Shown here one piece after another: positions 52,044 to 64,000 of a stretch of 64,000 nt of DNA; position 1 is the first letter of the stretch, and the number at the start of each line of letters is the position of its first letter. The notes under the pieces were generated by a model. It saw only the letters and a list, made by a program, of their open reading frames with translations, was not told the DNA's origin and ran no database searches. The position numbers and the translations under genes were made by a program. This DNA is from Pristiophorus japonicus (taxonomy: Eukaryota). The stretch covers positions 153,202,001 through 153,266,000 of the forward strand of contig NC_091984.1 of the NCBI RefSeq assembly GCF_044704955.1, read 5' to 3'.

Positions 52044-55000
52044 CTGGTTGTCGGTGTTACTCCTCTGGTTGTCGGTATTACTCCTCTGGTTGAAAAAATT
52101 ACACCTCTGTGTGGAAGTATTACTCCTCTGGTTGTCGGCATTGCAGCTCTGGATATCAGTATTAATCCTCTGGGTTGGTATTACTCGTCGGGGTGTCGGT
52201 ATTTATCCGTTGCTTATCGGTATTACTCCTCTGGGTGTCGATATTACTCCTCTGGGTGTCGGTATTACACAGCTGGATGTCGGTATTACTCCTCTGGATG
52301 TCGGTTTTACTTCTCTGGATGTCAGCATTACTCGCCTGGATGTCGATATCACTCCTCTGCTGTTCGGTATTACTCCTCTGTGCGACGAAATTACTCCTCT
52401 GGATGTCGGTCTTACTCCTCTGGGTGTTGATATTTCTCCTCCGGGTGTCGGTATTACTCCTGTGGTTGTCAGCATTGCTCCTCTGTGTATCGGTATTACT
52501 GTTGTGTGTGTCAGTATTACTCCCCTGTGTGACGGTATTACTCCTCTGGGTGACGGTATTACTGGCTGACGGTATTACTCCTCTGGATGATGGTATTACT
52601 CCTCTGGGTGCCGGGATTACACCGCCGGGTGACGGAATTACTGAATAGTGTGTCGGTATTGCTCCTCTGGGTCTCTGCACTGCTCCGCTGAGTGTCGGTA
52701 TTACTCCTCAGGGTGTCGGTATTACTCTGTTGGGTTTCGGTAGTACTCCTCTGGTGTTCGGTATTACTCCTCTGGGTGTCGGTATTACTCCTCTGGTGTC
52801 GGTATTGCTCCTCTGGATAGCGGTATTACTCCTCTTGGTGACAATATTACTCAACTGGATATCGGTATTACTACTCTGGTTGTCGGTGTTACTCCTCTGG
52901 GTGACGGTATTACTCCTCTGGTTGAAAATATTACCCCTCTGGGTGGAAGTACTACTCCTCTGGTTGTCGGTATCGCAGCCCTGGATATCAGTATTACTCC
53001 TCTGGGTTGGTATTTCTCGTCGGGGTGTCGGTATTTATCCGCTGCTTGTCGGTATTACTCCTCTGGGTGTCGATATTACTCCTCTGGGTGTCGGTATTGC
53101 ACACCTGGATGTCGGTATTACTCCTCTGGATGTCGGTTTTACTTCTCTGGATGTCAGCATTACTCGCCTGGATGTCGATATCACTCCTCTGCTGTTCGGT
53201 TTTACTCCTCTGTGTGACGAAATTACTCCTCTGGATGTCGGTCTTACTCCTCTGGGTGTTGATATTTCTCCTCCGGGTGTCGGTATTACTCCTGTGGATG
53301 TCAGCATTGCTCCTCTGTGTATCGGTATTACTGTTGTGTATGTCAGTATTACTCCCCTGTGTGACGGTATTACTCCTCTGGGTGACGGTATTACTCCTCT
53401 GGATGATGGTATTACTCCTCTGGGTGTCGGGATTACACCGCCGGGTGACGGAATTACTGAATAGTGTGTCGGTATTGCTCCTCTGGGTCTCTGCACTGCT
53501 CCGCTGCGTGTCGGTATTACTCCTCAGGGTGTCGGTATTACTCTGTTGGGTTTCGGTATTACTCCTCTGGTGTTCGGTATTACTCCTCTGGGTGTCGGTA
53601 TTACTCCTCTGGTATCGGTATTGCTCCTCTGGATAGCGGTATTACTCCTCTTGGTGACAATATTACTCAACTGGATGTCGGTATTAATACTCTGGTTGTC
53701 GGTGTTACTCCTCTGGGTGACGGTATTACTCCTCTGGTTGAAAATATTACACCTCTGGGTGAAAGTACTACTCCTCTAGTTGTCGGCATTGCAGCTCTGG
53801 ATATCAGTATTACTACTCTGGGTTGGTATTACTCGTCGGGGTGTCGGTATTTATCCGCTGCTTGTCGGTATTACTCCTCTGGGTGTCGATATTACTCCTC
53901 TGGGTGTCGGTATTACACACCTGGATGTCGGTATTACTCCTTCGGGTGTCGGTATTACTCCTCTGGATGTCGGCATTACTCCTCTGTGTATCGGTATTAC
54001 TGTTGTGGATGTCAGTATTACTCCCCTGGGTGACGGTATTACTCCTCTGGGTGACGGTATTACTCCTCTGGATGATGGTATTACTCCTCTGGGTGTCGGG
54101 ATTACACCGCCGGGTGACGGAATTACTGAATAGTGTGTCGGTATTGCTCCTCTGGGTCTCTGCATTGCTCCGCTGCGTGTCGGTATTACTCCTCAGGGTG
54201 TCGGTATTACTCTGTTGGGTTTCGGTATTACTCCTCTGGTGTTCGGTATTACTCATCTGGCTGACGGTATTACTCCTCTTCATGTCGGTATTACTACTAT
54301 AGGTGTCGGTATTACTCCACTTTGTGACGGTATTACTCATCTGGATGTCGGTATTACTCCTCTGGATGTCGATATTACTCCTCTGGTGTTCGGTATTACT
54401 CCTCCGGGTGACGGTATTACTCCTCTGCATGTCGGTATTACTCCTAAGGGTATCGGTATTACTCCACTTTGTGACGGTATTACTCCTCTGGATGTCGGTA
54501 TTACTCCTCTGGGTGTCGGTATTACTCCTCCGGTGTCGGTATTACTCCTCTGGCTGTCGGTATTCGTCCTCTGGGTGACGGTATTACTTGTCTGGGTGTC
54601 GGTGTTACTACTCTGCATGTCAGTTATACTTCTCGGGATGTCGGTATTGCTCCTCTGGGTGACGGTATTACTCCTCTTCGCGACGGTTTTACTCCTCTGC
54701 TAACGGTATTAATCCTCTGGGTGAAAGTATTACTTCTGTGGGTGACGGTGTTACTCCGCTGGATTTCGGAATTACTGCCCTGGGTGTCGGTATTACTCCT
54801 CTGGGTGTCGCTATTACTCATCTGGGTGTCGGTATTACTCCTCTCGGTGCCGGTATTGCTCCTCTGATTGTCGGTATTACACTTCTGGGTGTCGATATTA
54901 ATCCTCTGGGTGTTTGTATTACTCCTCTGCGTGACGGTTTTACTCCTCTGGTGTCGGTATTACACATCTGCGTGACGGTACTACTCATCTGGATTTCGGT

Positions 55001-58000
55001 ATTACTCACCTGGGTGTTGGTTTTACTCCTCGGGACGTCGGAATTACTCCCATGTGTGACAGTATTACTCCTCAGGGTGACGGCATTGCTCCTCTGGGCA
55101 ACGGTATTACTCCTCCTGATGTATATGTTACTCCTCTGGGGTTCGGTATCACTCCACTGGCTCTGGGTACTACACCACTGGCTATCTGTATTACTCCTCT
55201 GGCTGACGGTATTACTCCTCTGGATGGCGGCATTACTCATCTGGATGTCGATGTTACTCCTCTGGTGTTCGGTATTACTCCTCTGGGTGACGGCATTACT
55301 CATCTGGGTGTCGGTATTACTCATCTGGGTGACGGTATTACTCATCTGGATGTCGGTATTACTGATCTGGGTGTCTATATTACTACTATGGGTGTCGGTA
55401 TTACTCCTCTGGATGTCGATATTACTCCTCTGCGTTTCGGTATTACTTCTCTGGATGTCGGTATTGCTCCCCTGGTTGACGGTACTTCTCCTCTCGGTGA
55501 CGGTATTACCCATCTGGGTGATGGTATTACTCCTCTGAATGTCTGTGTTATTCCTCTGCGTGTCGGTATTACTCCTCTGGGTGTCGGTATTACTCCTCTG
55601 GGTGTCGGCCGTACTCCTCTGGGTGAAGGTATTACTCAACTGGGTGTCGGTATTGCTCCTCTGTGTCTCGGTTTTGCTTCACTGGGTGTCGGTATTACTC
55701 CTCTGGGTGACGGTATTATCCTCTGCATGGCGGTATTACTTCTCTGGGTGTCGGTATTACTCCTCTGGTTGTCGTATTACTCGTCTGTGTGTCGGTATTA
55801 TTCGTATTGGTGAAAGTATTACTCCTCTGGATGTCGGCATTACTTCTCTGAATGTCGGTATTACTCCTCTGGGTGACGGTATTAGTCTTCTGGGTGTCGG
55901 TATTAATCCTGTGGGTGTCGATATTGCATCTCTGGATAACGGTATTACTCATCTGGATTGTTATTACTCGCCTGGTTGTCGATATTACTCCACTGCGTGT
56001 CGGTATTGCAACTCTGGATGTCGGTATTCATCATCTGGGTGTCGGTATTACTCCACTGGGTGTCGGCATTACTCCTCTGTATGTCGGTGTTCCTCCTCTA
56101 AATGTCGGTATTACTCCTCTGGCTGAGGGTATTAGTCCTCTGGGTTTCGGTACTACATCTCTGGGTGTCGGTATTACTCCACTTGGTTTCGGTATTACTC
56201 CTCTGGGTGTCGGTATTTCTCCTCTCGGTGTCGGTATCACTCCTCTGGGTCTCGGTATAGCTCATCTTGGTGACGGTATTACTCCTCTTCGCGACGGTTT
56301 TACTCCTCTGCTTTTCGGTATTAATCCTCTGGGTGAAAGTATTACTTCTCTGGGTGTCGGTAATACTCCTCTCGGTGCCGGTATTGCTCCTCTGAGTGTC
56401 GGTGTTACACTTATGGGTGTCGATATTAGTCCTCTGGGTGTTTGTATTACGCCTCTGGGTGACGGTATTACTCCTCTGGGTGTCAGTATTACTCCTCTGG
56501 TGTCATTCCTGCTCCTCTGGGTGTCGGTATTACTCCACTTGGTGAAAGTATTACTCATCTGTATGTCGGTATTACTTCTCTGGATGTCAGTATTCGTCCT
56601 CTGGGTGACGGTATTACTCGTCTGAGTGTCGGTATTACTCCCCTGCATGTCAGTTATACTTCTCTGGATGTCGGTATTGCTCCTCTGGGTGATGGTATTA
56701 CTCCTCTTCGCGACGGTTTGAGTCCTCTGCTTTTCGGTATTAATCCCCTGGGTGAAAGTATTACTTCTCTGGGTGTTGGTATTACTCCTCTACATTTCGG
56801 TATTATTCCTCTGCGTGTCAGTTTTACTCCACTTGGTGACGGTTTTATCCTCTGGATGTCGGTATGACTTCTCTGGGTGTCGGTATTACTCCTCTGGTTG
56901 TCGTATTACTCGTCTGTGTGTCGGTATTATTCGTCTTGGTGAAAGTATTACTACTCTGGATGTCGGCATTACTTCTCTGAATGTCGGTATTACTCCTCTG
57001 GGTGACGGTATTAGTCTTCTGGGTGTCGGTATTACTCCTGTGGGTGTCGATATTGCATCTCTGGGTGAAGGTATTACTCATCTGGATTGTTATTACTGGC
57101 CTGGTTGTCGATATTACTCCATTGCGTGTCGGTATTACTCCTCTGGATGTCGGTATTCATCATCTGGGTGTCGGTATTACTCCACTGGGTGTCGGCATTA
57201 CTCCTCTGGATGTCGGTTTTCCTCCTCTAAATGTCGGTATTACTCCTCTGGCTGAGGGTATTGGTCCTCTGGGTTTCGGTACTACATCTCTGGGTGTCGG
57301 TATTACATCACTTGGTGTTGGTATTACTCCTCTGGGTGTAGGTATTTCTCCTCTCGGTGTCGGTATCACTCCTCTGGGTCTCGGTATAGCTCATTTTGGT
57401 GATGGTATTACTCCTCTTCGCGACGGTTTCACTCCTCTGCTTTTCGGTATTAATCCTCTGGGTGAAAGTATTACTTATCTGGGTGACGGTATTACTTCTC
57501 TGGATTTCGGAATTACTGCCCTCGGTGCCGGTATTGCTCCTCTGAGTGTCGGTATTACACTTATGGGTGTCGATAGTAGTCCGCTGGATGTTTGTATTAC
57601 TCCTCTGGGTGACGGTATTACTCCTCTGGGTGTCGGTATTACTCCTTTGGTGTCATTCGTACTCCTCTGGGTGTCGGTATTACTCCGCTTGGTGAAAGTA
57701 TTACTCATCTGGATGTCGGTATTACTTCTCTGGATGTCGGTATTCGTTTTCTGGGTGACGGTATTACTCGTCTGGGTGTCGGTATTACACCCCTCCATGT
57801 CAGTTACACTTCTCTGGATGTCGGTATTGATCCTCTTCGCGACGGTTTTACTCCTCTGCTTTTCGGTATTAATCCTCTGGGTGAAAGTATTACTTCTCTG
57901 GGTGACGGTATTACTCCGCTGGATTTCGGAATTACTGCCCTGGTTGTCGGTATTACTCCTCTGGTTGTCGCTATTACTCATCTGGGTGTCGGTATTACTC

Positions 58001-61000
58001 CTCTCGGTGCCGGTATTGCTTCTCTGAGTGTCGGTATTACACTTCTGGGTGTCGATATTAGTCCTCTGGGTGTTTGTATTACTCCTCTGGGTGACGGTCT
58101 ACTCCTCTGGACGTCGGAATGACTCCCATGTATGAGAGTATTACTCCTCTGGGTGACGGTATTACTCCTCTGGGTAACGGTATTACTCCTCTTGCTGTAT
58201 ATGTTACTGCTCTGGGGTTCGGTATCACTCCACTGGCTCTCGGTACTACACCACTGGCTGTCGGTATTACTCCTCTGGCTGACGGTATTACTTATCTGGA
58301 TGTCGGCATTACTCATCTGGATGTCCGTATTACTCCTCTGGGTGACGGTATTAATCATCTGGATGTCAGTATTACTGATCTGGGTGTCTACATTACTACT
58401 ATGGGCGTCGGTATTACTCCTCTGGATGTCGGTATTACTCCTCTGCGTGTCGGTATTACTCCCCTCCATGTCAGTTATACTTCTCTGGATGTCGTTATTG
58501 CTCCTCTGGGTGACGGTATTACTCCTCTTCACGACGGTTTTACTCCTCTGCTTTTCGGTATTAATATTCTGGGTGAAAGTATTACTTCTCTGGGTGAAGG
58601 TATTACTCCTCTGGATTTCGGAATTACTGCCCTGGTTGTCGGTATTACTCCTCTGGTTGTCGCTATTACCCATCTGGGTGTCGGTATTACTCCTCTCGGT
58701 GCCGGTATTGCTCCTCTGAGTGTCGGTATTACACTTCTGGGTGTCGATATTAGTTCTCTGGGTAACGGTATTACTCCTCTGGGTGACGGTATTACTCCTC
58801 TGGACGTCGGAATGACTCCCATATATGAGAGTATTACTCCTCTGGGTGACGGTATTAATCCTCTGGGTAACGGTATTACTCTTCTTGATGGATATGTTAC
58901 TCCTCTGGGGTTCGGTATCACTCCACTGGCTCTCGGTACTACACCACTGGCTGTCGGTATTACTCCTCTGGCTGACGGTATTACTTCTCTGGATGTCGGC
59001 ATTACTCATCTGGATGTCCGTATTACTCCTCTGGATGACTGTATTAATCATCTGGATGTCAGTATTACTGATCAGGGTGTCTACATTACAACTATGGGTG
59101 TCGGTATTACTCCTCTGGATGTCGGTATTACTCCTCTGCGTGTCGGTATTACTTCTCTGGATGTCGGTATTGCTCCCCTGGGTGACAGTACTTCTCCTCT
59201 CGGTGACGGTATTACCCATCTGGGTGATGGTATTACATCTCTGAATGTCTGTATTATTCCTCTGCGTGTCGGTATTACTCCTCTCGGTAACGGTATAACT
59301 CCCCTGGGTGATCGTAGTACTCCTCTGGATATCGGTAATAGTCCTCTACGTGACAGTATTGCTCCTCCGGGTGTCGGTATTACTCCTCTGGGTATCGGTA
59401 GTACTCCTCTGGGTGAAGGTATTACTCAACTTGCTGTCGGTATTGCTCCTCTGTGTCTCGGTATTGCTTCGCTGGCTGTCGGTGTTACTCCTCTGGGTGA
59501 CGGTATTACTCGTCTTGGTGTTGGTATTACTCCTCTATATTTCGGTATTATACCTCTGCGTGTCGGTATTACTCCACTTGGTGACGGTATTACTCCTCTG
59601 GATGTCGGTATTACTACTCTGGGTGTCGGTATTACTCCTCTGGTTTTCGTATTACTCCTCTGTGTGTCGGTATTATTCGTCTTGTTGCAAGTATTACTCT
59701 TCTGCATGTCGGCCTTACTTCTCTGAATGTCGGTATTAGTCCTCTGGGTGACGGTATTAGTCCTCTGGGTGTCGGTATTACTCCTCTGGGTGTCGATATT
59801 GCATCTCTGGGTGATGGTATTACTCCTTTGGGTTGTTATTACGCGCCTGGTTGTCGATATTACTCCACTGCGTGTCGGTATTACTCCTCTGGATGTTGGT
59901 ATTCATCATCTGGGTGTCGGTATTACTCCATTGGGTGTCGGCATTACTCCTCTGGATGTCGGTATTCCTCCTCTAAATGTCGGTATTACTCATCTGGCTG
60001 AGGGTATTAGTCCTCTGGGTTTAGGTACTACATCTCTGGTTGTCGGTATTACTTCTCTGGCTGACGGTATTACTCCTCTGGATGTCGGTAGTATTCATCT
60101 GGATGTCGGTATTACTCCTCTGGGAGACGTTATTATTCATCTGTGTATCGGTATTATTCCTCTGGATGTCGGTAGTACTCCACTGGGTGACGGTATTACT
60201 CCACAGGGTGACGGTATTAATCCTCTGGGTGATGGTATTAATCCTCTAGATGTCGGTCTTATTCCTCGGGGTGTCGCTATTACTCCTCTTGGTGACGGAT
60301 TAACTCCCATGAGTGACCGTATTACTCCTCTGGATGTCGGTAGTATTCATCTGGATGTCGGTATTACTCCTCTGGGAGAAGTTATTATTCATCTGTGTAT
60401 CGGTATTATTCCTCTGGATGTCGGTAGTACTCCACTGAGTGACGGTATTACTCCACTGGGTGAAGATATTAATCCTCTGGGTGATTGTATTAATCCTCTA
60501 GATGTCGGTCTTATTCCTCGGGGTGTCGCTATTACTCCTCTCGGTGACGGATTAACTCCCATGAGTGACCGTATTACTCCTCTGGATATAGGTATTACTC
60601 CTCTAGGTGACAGTATTACCCCTCTGCATGAAGGTATTACTACTCGGGGTGACGCTATTATTCCTCTGGGTAGCGGTTTTACTCCTCTGTTTTGATATTA
60701 CTCCTATGGGTGTCCGTAGTACTCCTCTGGGTTCATATTACTCCTCTGGTGTCGTGATTACTCTTCCGGGTGATCGTATTACACAACTGGGCGTCGGTAT
60801 TGCTCCCCTGCGTCTCAGTCCTGCTCCGGTGGGTGTCGGTATTACTCCTCTGGTTGTGGGATTGACTCTTCTGCGTTTCGTTATTACTCCTCTGGATGAC
60901 GGTATTACTCCTCTGGGTGTTGGTATTACTTCTCTGCATGTCGGTATTACTTCTCTGGGTGACGGAATCAGTCCTCTGGGTTTCGGTATTACTCCTCTGG

Positions 61001-64000
61001 GTGTCGATATTGCATCTCTGGGTGACGGTATTATTCCTCTGGGTTGTTATTACTCGCCTGGTTGTCGATATTACTCCACTGCGTGTCGGTATTACTCCTC
61101 TGGATGTCGGTATTCATCATCTGGGTGTCGGTATTACTCCATTGGGTGACGGCATTACTCCTCTGGATGTAGGTATTCCTCCTCTAAATGTCGATATTAC
61201 TCATTTGGCTGAGGGTATTAGTTCTCTGGGTTTCGGTACTACATCTCTGGGTGTGGATATTACTGCTCTGTGTGTCCGTATTATTCCTCTCGGTGTAGTA
61301 TTGCTCCTCTGGATGTCGGTATTGCTACTCTAGATGTCAGTATTACAATTCTGCGTGTCGGAATGACGCCTCTGTATGTCGGTATTACTCCCCTGGATGT
61401 CGGTATTATTCCACTGGGTGTCGGTATTACTCCTCTCAGTGACGGATTAACTCCCCTGGCTGACCGTATTACTTCTCTGGATATCGGTATTTCTCCTCTG
61501 GGTGACAGTATTACTCCTCCGGATGAAGTTATTACTACTCGTGGTGAAGCTATTACTCCTCTGGGTAGCGGTATTATTCCTCTGGTTTGGTATTACTCGT
61601 CTGAGTATCGGTATTACTCCTCTTGGTGTCGGTATTACTCATCTGGGTGTCGGTATCACTCCTCTGGGTCTCGATATTGCTCCTCTGGGTGAAGATATTA
61701 CTCCTCTTCGTGACCGTTTTGCTCCACTGCTGTACGATATTATTCCTCTGGGTGACAGTATTACTTCTCTGGGTGACGGCATCACCCCTCTGGAATTCTG
61801 TATTACGCCTCTGGGTGTCGCTATTCCTCCTCTGGGTGTCGCTATTACTCCTCAGGGTGACGGTATTACTCCTCCCGGTGTCGTTATTGTTCCTCTGGCT
61901 GACGGTATTGCTCCTCTGTGTGTCATTATTGCTGCTCTAGGTGTAGGTATTACTCCTCTGGGTGATGACATTATTCATCTTGGGTTCGGTATTACTCTTC
62001 TGGTCGACAGTATTACTCCTCTTGGTATTGGTATTGCTCCTCTGGTTGTCGGGATTACTCATCTCGGTGACGGCATTACTCCTCTGGGTATCGGTATTAC
62101 TCCTCTGGGTGACGACATTACTCCTCTGGGTGACGGTATCGCTCCTCTCAGTGTCGGTACTACTCATCTAGATGTCGATAGTACGCCTCTGGCTGTCGGT
62201 ATTACTCTCTGCGTGACAGTATTATTCCTCTGGGTCTCGGTATTACTCCTCTGGTTGACAGTATTACTCCTCTGGGTCACAGTATTACTCCTCACTATTT
62301 CGGTAGTACTCATCTCGGTGGCAATATTACTCCTCTGGGTGTCGGAATTACTCCTCTGGCTGTCGGTATTACTCTTCTGGGTTCCAATATTACTCTTCTC
62401 GGTGACGGTATTACTCCTCTGGTTTTCAGTATTATTGCTCTGGCTGACAATATTACTCATCTGGGTGTCTGTATTAATCATGTGGTGTCTGTATTACTCC
62501 TCTGGGTGACAGTATTACACCTCTGTGTGATGTTATTACTCCTCTTCGTGACGGTTTTACTCCCCTGCGTTTCGCCATTACTCCTCTGGGTGACTGTAAT
62601 ACACCTCTGGAAATCCTTATTACTCCTATGGGTATCGGTGTTGCTCCTCTGGGTGTCGGTATTATTCCTCTGGGTGTAGGTATTACTCCTCTGGATGAAG
62701 ACATTACTGATTAGGTTTCCGGTATTTCTCCTCTGGTTACAGTATTACTCCTCTGGGTGTTGGTATTGCTCCTCTGGTTGTCGGAATTACTCATCTGGGT
62801 GACGGCATTACTCCTCTGGGTATCGGTATTACTTCTCTGGTTGACGGTATTACTCGTCTGGGTGGCGGTATTGCTCCTCTCGGTGTCAGTACTACTCTAG
62901 ATGCCGATATTACTATACTGGCTGTCGGTATTCCTCTCTGGGTGGCAGTATTATTCCTCTGGGTCTCAGTATTACTTCTCAGTGTGTCGTAGTACTGCTC
63001 TGGGCGACAATATTACTCCTCTGGTGACGGGATTACTCCTCTGGCTGTCGGTATTACTACTCTGGGTGACAATATTACTCCTCTGGGTGACGGTATTACT
63101 CCTCTGGTTATTAGTATTACTCGTCTGGCTGACAATTTTACTCATCTGGGTGTCGGTATTAAAAATCTGCTGTCTGTATTACTCCTATGGGTGACAGTAT
63201 TACTCCTCTGTGTGATGGTATTACTCCTCCGGTTGGCAGTATTACTCCTCTTGGTCACAGTATTAGTCCTCAGTGTGTCGGTAGTACTCATCTGGGTGGC
63301 AATATTACTCCTCTGGGAGTCGGGATTACACCTCTGGCTGTCGGTATTACTTCTCTGGGTGACAATATTACTCTTCTGTGTGACGGCATTACACCTCTGG
63401 TTATCAGTATTATTGCTCTGGCTGACAATATTTACTCATCTGGGTGTCTGTATTAATCATGTGGTGTCTATATTATTCCTCTGGGTGACAGTATTACTCC
63501 TCTGTGTGATGGCATTACTCCTCTTCGTGACGGTTTTACTCCCCTGCGTTTCGTTATTACTCCTCTGGGTGATGGTATTACACCTCTGGAAATCGGTATT
63601 ACTCCTCTGGGTGTTAGTGTTGCTCCTATGGGTGTCGGTATTGCTCCTCTGGATGTAGGTATTACTCATCTGGATGACAACATTACTGTTCTGGTTTTCG
63701 GTATTACTCCTCTGGTTACAGTATTACTCCTCTGGGTGTTGGTATTGCTCCTCTGGTTGTCGGTATTACTCATCTGGGTGACGGCATTACTCCTCTGGGT
63801 ATCGGTATTACTTCTCTGGGTGACGGTATTACTCGTCTGGGTGGCGGTATTGTTCCTCTCTGTGTCGGTACTACTCCTCTAGATATCGATATTACTCTTC
63901 TGGCTGTCGGTATTAGTCTCTGGGTGACAGTATTATTCCTCTGGGTCTTGGTATTAATCCACTGGGTGAAAGTATTATTCCTCTGGGTGACAGTATTACT
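42400..64000 (+). repeat. Long-period HOR (~14.5-15.7 kb): ~42.4-48.35 kb recurs at ~56.9-64 kb
   Basis: ORF pairs 42430/56981, 43873/59308, 44292/59727, 45209/60896, 45878/61502, 46837/62482, 47983/63628. Position 63961 aligns to 48316. Confidence 0.87.

Larger units (their letters stand above)
38110..64000 (+). repeat. 21-bp tandem satellite array, forward orientation
   Basis: Same monomer, uninterrupted to the window end. It shares diagnostic variant blocks with the left array (e.g. 38714/8148, 39336/8791, 51632/5071, 55052/7471). Confidence 0.98.

Noticed and set aside
100-63882. Hundreds of ORFs resembling repeat, membrane (VLLLWVS) or mucin-like proteins
   Set aside because: They overlap in five frames on both strands, which the stop-free 21-bp unit explains. 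There is no unique domain or terminus. Frameshifting 19-20 bp monomers occur every few hundred bp and are shared between HOR copies.
1-64000. CRISPR array or repeat-spacer system
   Set aside because: Monomers are directly adjacent with no unique spacers. No leader or cas-like ORF is present.
1-64000. Telomerase-made repeat (the monomer contains TCTGGGTG, similar to some budding-yeast telomere repeats)
   Set aside because: The match is only 8 bp. Monomers are heterogeneous and arranged in multi-kb HORs, which indicates recombinational amplification rather than template copying. No chromosome end is visible.
1-64000. Diversity-generating cassette library (antigenic variation or DGR-like variable repeats)
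   Set aside because: Variants are inherited in colinear blocks between HOR copies and are not adenine-specific. No expression site, reverse transcriptase or recombinase is in the window.
1-64000. Calling the array a centromere, or assigning AGGAG on the reverse monomer as a ribosome-binding site
   Set aside because: No CENP-B-box-like motif was seen, and centromere identity needs chromatin data. AGGAG is simply part of the monomer and has no downstream gene.

Overview
The whole 64 kb window is one tandem satellite array built from a 21-bp monomer (consensus GGTATTACTCCTCTGGGTGTC, 11/21 GC, T-rich and A-poor on one strand). I see no unique sequence and no credible gene, RNA gene, transposon or CRISPR array. 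The ORF track is a by-product of the monomer: 21 is divisible by 3 and five of six consensus frames have no stop codon. The real structure is architectural. (i) 1-24482 is a forward array of ~10.3-kb higher-order repeat (HOR) copies, mosaic and progressively deleted. (ii) An abrupt strand switch at ~24483-24493 carries an 11-bp templated insertion and a 9-bp hairpin. (iii) 24494-37909 is the reverse complement of 38628-52043, with no net indel at any mirrored ORF and no difference seen, giving a ~27.5-kb apparent palindrome. (iv) A 200-N scaffold gap (37910-38109) lies in the spacer between the arms. (v) 38110-64000 is a forward array with a longer (~14.5-15.7 kb) HOR, nested local duplications and a distinct monomer layer. 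The palindrome is either a real recent inverted duplication or two haplotypes of a heterozygous inversion scaffolded back to back. Sequence alone cannot decide. The source is probably a eukaryotic assembly (inference). I found no support for a new protein- or RNA-based system.
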